From a virus (taxonomy: Duplodnaviria > Caudoviricetes), in the IMG/VR virus record IMGVR_UViG_3300025676_000811, positions 1 through 34,792 of that record: DNA of 34,792 bases; one strand, 5' to 3'. Position numbers and translations under genes: made by a program. Shown here piece by piece: positions 26,958-34,792 of the stretch (its first letter is position 1; each line of letters begins with the position of its first letter). Under the pieces are notes generated by a model. That model ran no database searches. It was not told the origin of the DNA and was given only the letters and a program-made list of their open reading frames with translations.

Positions 26958-27706
26958 AAAAACAGTTTATTATTTGTGGTTGGCATATGAATCAAGATAG
27001 TTTAATTGATGGCCTTAATGATATACAACAAAGAGATGATGTAGATGTATTTTGGTCATGTCACCGAGAACCAACAGATAAAATAAAAGAAAATTTTGAA
27101 CACAAAGAGTTTTTTAATGGTGCAGAAGAAATGGGTGCATATCAACAAGCTATATCTTATTTGAATTTAGAAGATGATACCATATTATTTTGTATGCATG
27201 ATGATATGATAATACATGATTGGGAATTTGTTGAAGAGTGTATTAAAAAATTAGATGAAGGATATGTTGTGGTGGGTAATGGATACAATCCAGGTCATTC
27301 ATCCAATCCATCAGAACCTGCATTTCCTGGTTGGGACCCATCACATATTATACCAGTAGGTATTACAGAAGAATTTGATAACAAACGAAGATTGGATTAT
27401 GTATATCCAAAAAATCAGCATTATTTTGAAGGGGAATTACCAATGCAACATGTGAGAGTAAGTTTTATGTGTGTTAGATATAGTGATATGTTAACTATAG
27501 GTGGATTTGAACCTAGAGATGAAGCATATGTGTCACCACTCGATGGTAATTATAGGGATAACGTTGGATTAGGATCTTTTGGTAATCTGTTTCCGATGTT
27601 AACTATGTACAAAATAAATAAGGTGTTTGGTTGGAAATCTATTACCTGGTTATCTAATTCTTTTAAGGGTTCAAAGTATATTACTGAATTGTTTAGAGGG
27701 GGTTAA
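26954..27706 (+). CDS. Putative glycosyltransferase (GT-A-like)
   Basis: GAYQQA...LFCMHDDMII, IGGFE; cluster context. Confidence 0.55.
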   Translation: MKKQFIICGWHMNQDSLIDGLNDIQQRDDVDVFWSCHREPTDKIKENFEHKEFFNGAEEMGAYQQAISYLNLEDDTILFCMHDDMIIHDWEFVEECIKKLDEGYVVVGNGYNPGHSSNPSEPAFPGWDPSHIIPVGITEEFDNKRRLDYVYPKNQHYFEGELPMQHVRVSFMCVRYSDMLTIGGFEPRDEAYVSPLDGNYRDNVGLGSFGNLFPMLTMYKINKVFGWKSITWLSNSFKGSKYITELFRGG

Positions 27707-27707
27707 G

Positions 27708-28754
27708 ATGAAATTAGAAAATAAATATATAATTGGAACACATATAATGTTCTATGAAATTGATATGGTTAAAGAACACGTGCAGAGTATTATTAATGCT
27801 ATTGAAACGGTGGATAATAAGAAAAATATTACAGTAGATTTATTCTATAATATTTCAGAATATTTTGAAAAGATAAACACAGAGGAAGTATCTAAAGATA
27901 AACTGATAGATAAGTTTAAGTCTTTAGTCACATCACTTGAAAATACTGGATGTAATGTTACATATAAAATATATGAAGATAATGATAAACCAATAACAAT
28001 GGTTGATTATAGACGAGATTTAAATTACTTTGGTTGTGTCGATAACGATTATGTAATATGGGGAGAGTCAGACGCTTTATTACCTAAAGAGGCTTTTAGT
28101 ACATTAGAAGTAGTTAAAGGTTATGGTAATGAGAATAATATACACAGATATGTAGTAACTTTTGCTCTAAGAAAAATGTGGGATGATTCTTGGAAATCAT
28201 TAGAACATAATGATTTTACAGATAAACAATATTATGAAACTGAGTTACCAGACGGTTCAAGAAATGAAAAGGCATTTACAGAACCACATAGTATTAGATA
28301 TACAATGTCAGTTGACGAGATGAATGATATAAATAGTAGAGCTGAAGAATTAGATTTAAGAATATTGAGACAACCACAATTTGATGGTTCTATTCTTGTA
28401 TTAAGTTCAGATTTGATAAAGAATGGTGTAAATGTACCTAGATGTATATTAGGGCATGCGGTTGATGATACTAGTGTGATGTGGAGTTGTTCTCAGATAA
28501 TGGGTGATGCTTATGTACAGTTTGTAGTGAAGAACATTTTAAAAGTACATAATAGAAATCATCCAATAAAAAGAAAGTATTGTTTACAGATGGAAGGTGA
28601 TAGGGTTTGTACTCAAGAAAAAGGTCCTAATCAGAGGGGTGATTGGTATACCAATTTAAAACAACTTGCTAATCAAAACTTATCTGTATTTGGTAAGTCT
28701 CAAAATAGATTTAATACATATAAAGATTTTACAAAAATAATGGAGAGTGAATAA
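27708..28754 (+). CDS. Hypothetical protein, probably GT-A glycosyltransferase-like
   Basis: DYVIWGESDALLP (ExD), DGSILVLS, VDD, KVHN; ATG 27708 follows a GAGGGG SD (the track start at 27627 overlaps the upstream gene). Confidence 0.5.
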   Translation: MKLENKYIIGTHIMFYEIDMVKEHVQSIINAIETVDNKKNITVDLFYNISEYFEKINTEEVSKDKLIDKFKSLVTSLENTGCNVTYKIYEDNDKPITMVDYRRDLNYFGCVDNDYVIWGESDALLPKEAFSTLEVVKGYGNENNIHRYVVTFALRKMWDDSWKSLEHNDFTDKQYYETELPDGSRNEKAFTEPHSIRYTMSVDEMNDINSRAEELDLRILRQPQFDGSILVLSSDLIKNGVNVPRCILGHAVDDTSVMWSCSQIMGDAYVQFVVKNILKVHNRNHPIKRKYCLQMEGDRVCTQEKGPNQRGDWYTNLKQLANQNLSVFGKSQNRFNTYKDFTKIMESE

Positions 28755-29714
28755 ATGAAAAGAGCATTAATAACAGGTATTAACGGAATGGATGGTAGTC
28801 ATCTTGCTGATTTCTTATTAGAAAAGGGATACGAAGTGTATGGTATGGAAAGAAGAACCTCATATCCAAACAGATTAAATACAAAACATTTAGAGGGTAA
28901 AATAACTTTTATTAATGGTGATTTATCAGACCAAAATTCAATAAGTAGATGTATAAAAGAATGTGATCCTGATGAAATATATCATTTGGCTGCTCAATCA
29001 TTTGTTGGAGAAAGTTGGAATACACCTGAACAAACAGGTGATGTAACAGGTCTTGGTGCCCTAAGAATGTTGGAAGCTATCAGAGAGTATGGTAAAGAGA
29101 TTAAATTTTATCAAGCATCAACATCTGAAATGTTTGGTAGAATGGTAGAGAATCCAGCAAAAGAATCAACACCTTTCTATCCACGCTCACCTTATGGTGT
29201 TGCTAAACTTTATGGTCATTGGATAACAAAGAACTACAGAGAATCATATGATATGTTTAATGTTAGTGGTATTCTTTTTAATCATGAATCTGAACGTAGA
29301 GGTATTGAATTTGTAACTCGTAAGATTACTGATGGTGTTGCTAAAATAAAACTTGGTTTATCGGATTACATAACACTAGGTAATTTAGATTCAAAAAGAG
29401 ATTGGGGTTACGCTCCTGATTATGTAGAATGTATGTGGTTGATGATGCAACAAGATAGTCCTGATGATTATGTTATTGCTACCGGCAAAGCTTATAGTAT
29501 AAGGGAATTTTTAGATGTTGCTTTTAGTTGTATTGACATTCAAGATTGGAGTAAGTATGTTAAACATGATTTGAGATATATGAGACCTGCTGAAGTGGAT
29601 GTCTTATGTGGTGATTCTAGTAAAGCAAGAGAAAAATTAGGATGGACACCGAGAACATCATTTGACCAAATGGTTTCAAAAATGGTTGCAAACGATATAA
29701 AATTATTATCATAA
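28755..29714 (+). CDS. gmd: GDP-mannose 4,6-dehydratase
   Basis: ITGINGMDGSHLA, LAAQSFV, YQASTSEMFG, FYPRSPYGVAK, LFNHES, FVTRKIT, RDWG, RPAEVD. Confidence 0.95.
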   Translation: MKRALITGINGMDGSHLADFLLEKGYEVYGMERRTSYPNRLNTKHLEGKITFINGDLSDQNSISRCIKECDPDEIYHLAAQSFVGESWNTPEQTGDVTGLGALRMLEAIREYGKEIKFYQASTSEMFGRMVENPAKESTPFYPRSPYGVAKLYGHWITKNYRESYDMFNVSGILFNHESERRGIEFVTRKITDGVAKIKLGLSDYITLGNLDSKRDWGYAPDYVECMWLMMQQDSPDDYVIATGKAYSIREFLDVAFSCIDIQDWSKYVKHDLRYMRPAEVDVLCGDSSKAREKLGWTPRTSFDQMVSKMVANDIKLLS

Positions 29715-30382
29715 TGGGATATATATTACCAGAAATATACCAATCAATTTGTCAGGAACATGATGTAACTTTACCTAAAGTATTTGTTGAAACGGGTACT
29801 TTTATGGGAGGAGTTCCACATAGAATGTTAGAGACAAATGGTAACTTCAATCCTTTTGATAAGTTATATACAATAGAACTTGGTGAAGAAATATGCAAGG
29901 TAGCATCTAAAAGATATAAGTTGTTTATGGAACACACCGGTGATTTATCAGAGTTTGATTTTCATACGAATAAAAAGGATGAATCCTTTAGTGGTAGTGA
30001 ATACTACTTTGATAATAAGTTAAAGTTAATATGTGGAGACTCCCCAGAGATGTTAAAGAGTCTGTTATCGGAATTAGATGAACCTGTTTGTTTTTGGTTA
30101 GATGCGCATGCTGGGGCATCAAAGTATAGCAGAGGTGATGATGACGTTCCATTGATAAAAGAATTAAGTACAATAGCTAAACATCATGTTAAAAATCATA
30201 TTATAGGAATAGATGATGCCCATTTGTTTGGACAAAAACAGTATGATTCTAATGGTAATATGGTATGTGATTATAGTGAAATTACATTAGACAAGGTAAA
30301 GAGCTTGCTATTAGATATAAATCCAAATTATGACATAGGTATATATAAACCATATAACATGGAAATGGTACTGGCAATATGA
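29714..30382 (+). CDS. Methyltransferase-fold protein
   Basis: FVETGT, YTIEL, CGDS, FWLDAH, IGIDD. Confidence 0.65.
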   Translation: MGYILPEIYQSICQEHDVTLPKVFVETGTFMGGVPHRMLETNGNFNPFDKLYTIELGEEICKVASKRYKLFMEHTGDLSEFDFHTNKKDESFSGSEYYFDNKLKLICGDSPEMLKSLLSELDEPVCFWLDAHAGASKYSRGDDDVPLIKELSTIAKHHVKNHIIGIDDAHLFGQKQYDSNGNMVCDYSEITLDKVKSLLLDINPNYDIGIYKPYNMEMVLAI

Positions 30383-31308
30383 GAATATTAGTATTTCATC
30401 AACCCTGGCCAATGGGTAACTATAAACTAAATGTAGCAGTTGCAGATAAACTCCAATCCGAAGGGCATGATGTATATGCATTAGAACAATTAAATGGTAA
30501 TCTTGCTACACGAGAATATGTACAGCAAATTCTTGATATGGATTTTGATTTAGTGTATTATGAGATGTTAGATAAAGAAACATTTAAGATAATAGAACAA
30601 CTAAAATGTCAACGAATACTACTACACGCCTCTGGTGGAGTGTTGATAGATTATGATGCAATTCTTGATTATAAAGGAAAATGGTATGATAAAATATTCA
30701 CAGGTTCGAAAATCATGTTTGAAAAATTTAAAAAAAATGGAATAGTTTCGGAACATTATCAATATTATCATTCTGCTATCAAAGAAGAAGAAAAACAATT
30801 TGATGAAAAATATGATCATAACTGTGTATTTTTAGGAATGGGATTTAATCGATTAACAGATTCTCAATATAATTTGGAACGAGAAATATTCTTTAAGGAA
30901 CAACCATTTGAATTTGATGTGTATGGTAATGGGTGGGGGGAATTTACCCATTGGCGAGGATTATTACCACCATTGGATATTGGGAGATTATATTCATCTG
31001 CAAAATGTGCTATTGGAATTATAGCAAAAGGACAACGAGAACATGGTATGATAAATAATCGATATACGGAAATGTCGGTTTGTGAATGCCCTATCATAAC
31101 TTATAATTATGACACGATTGATTGGTATGGTGCAGAAAAATATTTGAATTTCGTTTCATCAGCTGATGAGTTAAATGATATGGTAATTGCTATAAATAAT
31201 AACCACGAAGAATACAAAGTTAAATCAAAAGAACTAAATAAATTTATGATTCAGAAAGATAAAGAGTTTTTTGGAAAATTAAATATATTGATAAATAAGG
31301 AGTATTAA
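30379..31308 (+). CDS. Glycosyltransferase, CgeB/Glyco_trans_1_2-like
   Basis: CVFLG, DVYGNGW, LYSSAK, INNRYTE...PIIT. Confidence 0.7.
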   Translation: MRILVFHQPWPMGNYKLNVAVADKLQSEGHDVYALEQLNGNLATREYVQQILDMDFDLVYYEMLDKETFKIIEQLKCQRILLHASGGVLIDYDAILDYKGKWYDKIFTGSKIMFEKFKKNGIVSEHYQYYHSAIKEEEKQFDEKYDHNCVFLGMGFNRLTDSQYNLEREIFFKEQPFEFDVYGNGWGEFTHWRGLLPPLDIGRLYSSAKCAIGIIAKGQREHGMINNRYTEMSVCECPIITYNYDTIDWYGAEKYLNFVSSADELNDMVIAINNNHEEYKVKSKELNKFMIQKDKEFFGKLNILINKEY

Positions 31309-32222
31309 TGAAAATATTAATAACAGGTGGTACAGGAACAGTTGGTAAAGCTCTTATCAAATTAAATGACAATGAGTACATCAATGTCAGTAGAAACGAA
31401 GAGAAGATAGCTGAACTAAAACGAGAACATCCAGAGGTAAAGTCTTATGTGGGTAATATAGAGGACAAAGGACTATTGTTACGAGTATTTAAGGACGTTA
31501 AACCCGATGTAGTAGTTCATGCAGCTGCTATGAAACATATTGATTTGATGGAGACTAATCCTATTGCTGGCTGTAACATAAATGTGATGGGTAGTTTGAA
31601 TGTGGTTGAGGCTAGTATAATAAATGACGTTCCAATCACAGTTGGTATCAGTACAGATAAAGCTTGTTTGGCTGAGAGTGTTTATGGGGCTTCAAAGTAT
31701 CTGATGGAACGAGTGTTTATGAATAGTAATAATGACAATGCTAATAGATTTGCATTAACTAGATTTGCTAACGTAGCTCACAGTAATGGTTCAGTATTAC
31801 CATTTTGGTTAAAGTTAAAATCAGAGGGTAAACCACTAAAGCTTACGGATCCTGATATGAACAGATTGATATTCACACAAGAAGATGCGGCACACTTAAT
31901 CAACAGAACTATCAAATGGACACGGGATCATGGTGGTGGGTTTGTTAACTCATATAAGATGAAATGTATTAATATGTTAGATTTAGCTATGTTTATAGCT
32001 AATGAAGAAGTACCTATTGATATAGTAGGAAAAAGACCAGGCGAAAAGACTAATGAAGATTTGATTAGTGAAAGGGAAATAAATAGAACCTATATACATG
32101 GTGATGATATTCATATTCGTATGGAAGAGAATGAAGGCGCTGATAGATTAACAGAACCATACAATTCAAAGTCGGCTGAGATGATGACAGAAGAAGAAAT
32201 AAAGGAATTGGTGTGGGGTTAA
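31308..32222 (+). CDS. UDP-GlcNAc 4,6-dehydratase-like (Polysacc_synt_2; PseB/FnlA/CapD family)
   Basis: GGTGTVG, HAAAMKH, ISTDKA, YGASK, RFANVAHSNGSVLP, RPGEK. Confidence 0.88.
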   Translation: MKILITGGTGTVGKALIKLNDNEYINVSRNEEKIAELKREHPEVKSYVGNIEDKGLLLRVFKDVKPDVVVHAAAMKHIDLMETNPIAGCNINVMGSLNVVEASIINDVPITVGISTDKACLAESVYGASKYLMERVFMNSNNDNANRFALTRFANVAHSNGSVLPFWLKLKSEGKPLKLTDPDMNRLIFTQEDAAHLINRTIKWTRDHGGGFVNSYKMKCINMLDLAMFIANEEVPIDIVGKRPGEKTNEDLISEREINRTYIHGDDIHIRMEENEGADRLTEPYNSKSAEMMTEEEIKELVWG

Positions 32223-33193
32223 AAGATTATAAGATAGTCTGGTTCACCGAAGGTGGTTGGCAAGGCAAGGTTGGATTAGATAATCCTAATATGAGGAATG
32301 ATGTATCTACGATGTATACAGTAGGAGCTGAACATTACCCTATCTTTCAGATACCACAAGTACTACAGCACTTTGGTGAGAATCACTTTGATTTTGGTAT
32401 TGTAACTCTACCCAAAACAAATACAGAAGAACTAATGAAGTTTGATATGATGGGCGACTTAAAGAAGTTATGTAAGAAAACTATTTCAATGCAAGAAGGA
32501 CCACATTGGTTATTTCAAGACTATACTATGGAACAACAGATTTGGTGGTATAATGCTCTTACAGAGTTTGATATGTTATTTGCTCATAATAATAAGGATG
32601 TGAAATACTATAAAGGTTTGACGAATAAACCTGTTCATAAGATGCCAACACTAATGTTAGCTGAAAGGTTGGGTATTGAATCGAATAGAGGAAAAAATGA
32701 CTCAGTTATAATCGGTGGTAATATGGTTAGATGGTATGGTGGATTTGATTCTTATATAGTAGCTCAAGAGTTTGGAGTACCAATATCAGCCCCATCAATG
32801 GGTAGAAAGATTGACAGAGAAGATGAGATGGATATAAATCACTTTCCTTATATGACTTGGGTTGAGTGGATAAATAACTTAGGTAAATTTAAGTATGGGG
32901 TTCATCTGATGCCAACACATGCGGCTGGTACATTTACATTAAATTGTGCTTTTCACGGCATACCTTGTATTGGGTATAAGGGATTGGATACACAAGAAGA
33001 GTTACATCCGTTGTTATCAGTAGATGATGGGGATATGGAAACGGCTATGAAATTGGCTCGTAGGTTAAAGGATGGTCAATTTTATGAAGAGTGTAGTATA
33101 ATGTGTAGAGAGAATTATGAGAGTTCATTATATATAGAAGAAAGGTGTACTGAATATTTAAGTTTAATATTTGAGGATTTAATAAATGAGTAA
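32213..33193 (+). CDS. Putative GT-B glycosyltransferase
   Basis: C-terminal GVHLMPTHAAGTFTLNCAFHGIPCIG resembles a GT-B donor-binding segment; cluster context. Confidence 0.5.
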   Translation: MGLKDYKIVWFTEGGWQGKVGLDNPNMRNDVSTMYTVGAEHYPIFQIPQVLQHFGENHFDFGIVTLPKTNTEELMKFDMMGDLKKLCKKTISMQEGPHWLFQDYTMEQQIWWYNALTEFDMLFAHNNKDVKYYKGLTNKPVHKMPTLMLAERLGIESNRGKNDSVIIGGNMVRWYGGFDSYIVAQEFGVPISAPSMGRKIDREDEMDINHFPYMTWVEWINNLGKFKYGVHLMPTHAAGTFTLNCAFHGIPCIGYKGLDTQEELHPLLSVDDGDMETAMKLARRLKDGQFYEECSIMCRENYESSLYIEERCTEYLSLIFEDLINE

Positions 33194-33977
33194 AATTGCA
33201 ATAATAGGTTATGGTTATGTTGGAAAGGCTATGAAAAAGTTCTTTGAAAACCATTACGAATTAGTTATCTACGATCCACCAGCAGGATATAAAACAACTA
33301 AAGCTGAAGTTAATGAATGCGATGTTACATTTGTTTGTGTACCAACACCGAAAAGTGAAGATGGTAGTTGTGATATTTCTATAGTAGAAGAATCTGTTAG
33401 ATGGGTTGATACAGAATTGATTATTATAAAATCTACGGTTGAGGTTGGAACTACTAAAAGATTAAGCAAAAAGTTTAATAAAGATTTAGTTTTTTCACCG
33501 GAGTATATAGGTGAATCTACATATTGGACTCCATATAAATTTCATCAAAATATGAAAGAAACACCGTTTTATACTTTTGGCGGTAATAAAGAAACTTGTA
33601 GTAAAGTTATTGATTTATTTTTACCAGTTACAGGACCCTGTAAAAGATATATTACAACAGATAGTACGTCTGCGGAAATGGCAAAATATATGGAGAACGC
33701 TTTTTATGCTACAAAAATAGCTTTTTGTAATGAGTTATATGATATATGTAAAGCGTCTGGTGTTGATTGGAATGAAGTTAGAGAACTGTGGCTGGCCGAC
33801 CCAAGAATACATCCAATGCATACAGCTGTATTTAAAGAGAAAAGGGGATTTGGTGGTAAGTGTTTACCTAAAGATACGTTAGCGTTAAGTAAGATAGCAG
33901 AAAAGGGAGGGACACAATCAGATTTACTGAAAGGTGTTCTGAGTTCTAATAATAAAGTTAGGGAAGATAATGGATAA
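33186..33977 (+). CDS. ugd: UDP-glucose/GDP-mannose dehydrogenase family protein, short form lacking the C-terminal domain
   Basis: IIGYGYVG, FVCVPTP, IIKSTV, FSPE, AEMAKYMEN, DPRI, GFGGKCLPKD (catalytic Cys); only 263 aa. Confidence 0.85.
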   Translation: MSKIAIIGYGYVGKAMKKFFENHYELVIYDPPAGYKTTKAEVNECDVTFVCVPTPKSEDGSCDISIVEESVRWVDTELIIIKSTVEVGTTKRLSKKFNKDLVFSPEYIGESTYWTPYKFHQNMKETPFYTFGGNKETCSKVIDLFLPVTGPCKRYITTDSTSAEMAKYMENAFYATKIAFCNELYDICKASGVDWNEVRELWLADPRIHPMHTAVFKEKRGFGGKCLPKDTLALSKIAEKGGTQSDLLKGVLSSNNKVREDNG

Positions 33978-34792
33978 AGTTATAAGTTTCATCCAACCCA
34001 GTAGGAACAACCTACGTTATTTAAAGTGGTCTTACAATAGCATCAGAAAGAACTTAGGTTACAGGCACGAGATATGTTGGGCTGACGATTTCTCTGATGA
34101 CGGAACTTGGGAATGGATGCAAGAGATTGCTGAAAAAGATAAAAATGTACGGATAATAAGAAATAGTGGACCAGATAGGTTAGGGCACACTATACTGTAT
34201 GATAGGTTAGTGGAGTTAGCTACAAGTGATATCATAATGATTTATCACGCTGATATGTACGCCTGCCCTAATTTAGATACAGAGATACTTAAACATTTAG
34301 AACGAGGTAAAGTAGTTAGTGCAACCCGCATTGAACCACCACTACATCCGGATGGACCTGAGAAGATATTAAAAGATTTTGGGATTGAACCAGAAGAGTT
34401 TGATGAACACGGATTATTGAATTTTATATCAGACTTCGTTGGAACAAGAGAAGATGAAACAACTGAGGGTATATTTGCTCCGTGGGCTATGTATAAGGAT
34501 GACTTCTTAGCCATCGGTGGACATGATCCTTTATATGCTCCACAATCAAAGGAAGATTCGGATATATTCAACAGGTTTGTATTGGCTGGATATGATTTGA
34601 TTCAGACTTGGAAAGGATTAGTCTATCATATGACTTGTAGAGGCAGTAGATTTAAGGATGGTGCTCTTCGAAATCCAGCGGGACAAGTCTTTATGAAAGG
34701 TAGGGAGAGTAGTGAGTGGTTAGCACAAAACCTCCGTAGCACCCGTAATTTCATCCGTAAATGGGGACATATGGTTAAACATGATGAACTGA
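33970..34792 (+). CDS. Glycosyltransferase family 2 (3'-partial; missing from the ORF track)
   Basis: ATG 33970: MDKVISFIQPSRNN...WADDFSDDGT...IYHADM...IGGHD...EDSDIFNR...VYH; the frame stays open to the window end. Confidence 0.88.
   Translation, partial: MDKVISFIQPSRNNLRYLKWSYNSIRKNLGYRHEICWADDFSDDGTWEWMQEIAEKDKNVRIIRNSGPDRLGHTILYDRLVELATSDIIMIYHADMYACPNLDTEILKHLERGKVVSATRIEPPLHPDGPEKILKDFGIEPEEFDEHGLLNFISDFVGTREDETTEGIFAPWAMYKDDFLAIGGHDPLYAPQSKEDSDIFNRFVLAGYDLIQTWKGLVYHMTCRGSRFKDGALRNPAGQVFMKGRESSEWLAQNLRSTRNFIRKWGHMVKHDEL

Noticed and set aside
2651-34571. All minus-strand ORFs in the track (61-108 aa)
   Set aside because: They are short antisense shadows of well-supported + strand genes, with no recognisable motifs.
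1-34792. Stop-codon reassignment, as in some large phages
   Set aside because: Genes are full-length under code 11, and TAG, TGA and TAA all end genes at sensible positions next to the following start.
9654-34792. Ordinary bacterial O-antigen or capsule locus
   Set aside because: No flippase, polymerase, chain-length or export genes in about 25 kb, and it is continuous with T4-type replication genes. Disfavoured rather than excluded, because the island is truncated.
1-34792. tRNA, rRNA, IS elements or integrase
   Set aside because: Intergenic gaps are too short and no such signatures were seen by eye.

Overview
AT-rich, densely packed window with all convincing genes on the + strand, read with genetic code 11. 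It is best interpreted as part of a large T4-like (possibly jumbo) phage genome, which is an inference from gene content. Four blocks: (1) the 3' part of a TonB-dependent outer-membrane receptor, closed by an intrinsic terminator; (2) a T4-type replisome module (family B DNA polymerase, gp45-like clamp, gp44- and gp62-like clamp loader) with two matching sigma70-like promoters; (3) accessory genes (SMR/DMT-like membrane protein, Nmad1/DUF1599, ClpP, PD-(D/E)XK nuclease, SLOG protein, ribbon-helix-helix protein); (4) a glycan-biosynthesis island of at least 25 kb that runs off the window end. The island has about 14 candidate glycosyltransferases, three NDP-sugar 4,6-dehydratases, two DegT aminotransferases, a NeuB-NeuA-sialyltransferase-like module, three methyltransferases, a sulfotransferase-like protein and a short UDP-glucose dehydrogenase. 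Highlights: a probable AUU start codon for the polymerase, an identical 21-bp palindrome-containing element before the RHH gene and again inside the island, and a probable viral nonulosonic-acid glycosylation system. All family calls are motif recognition by eye; no searches were run.
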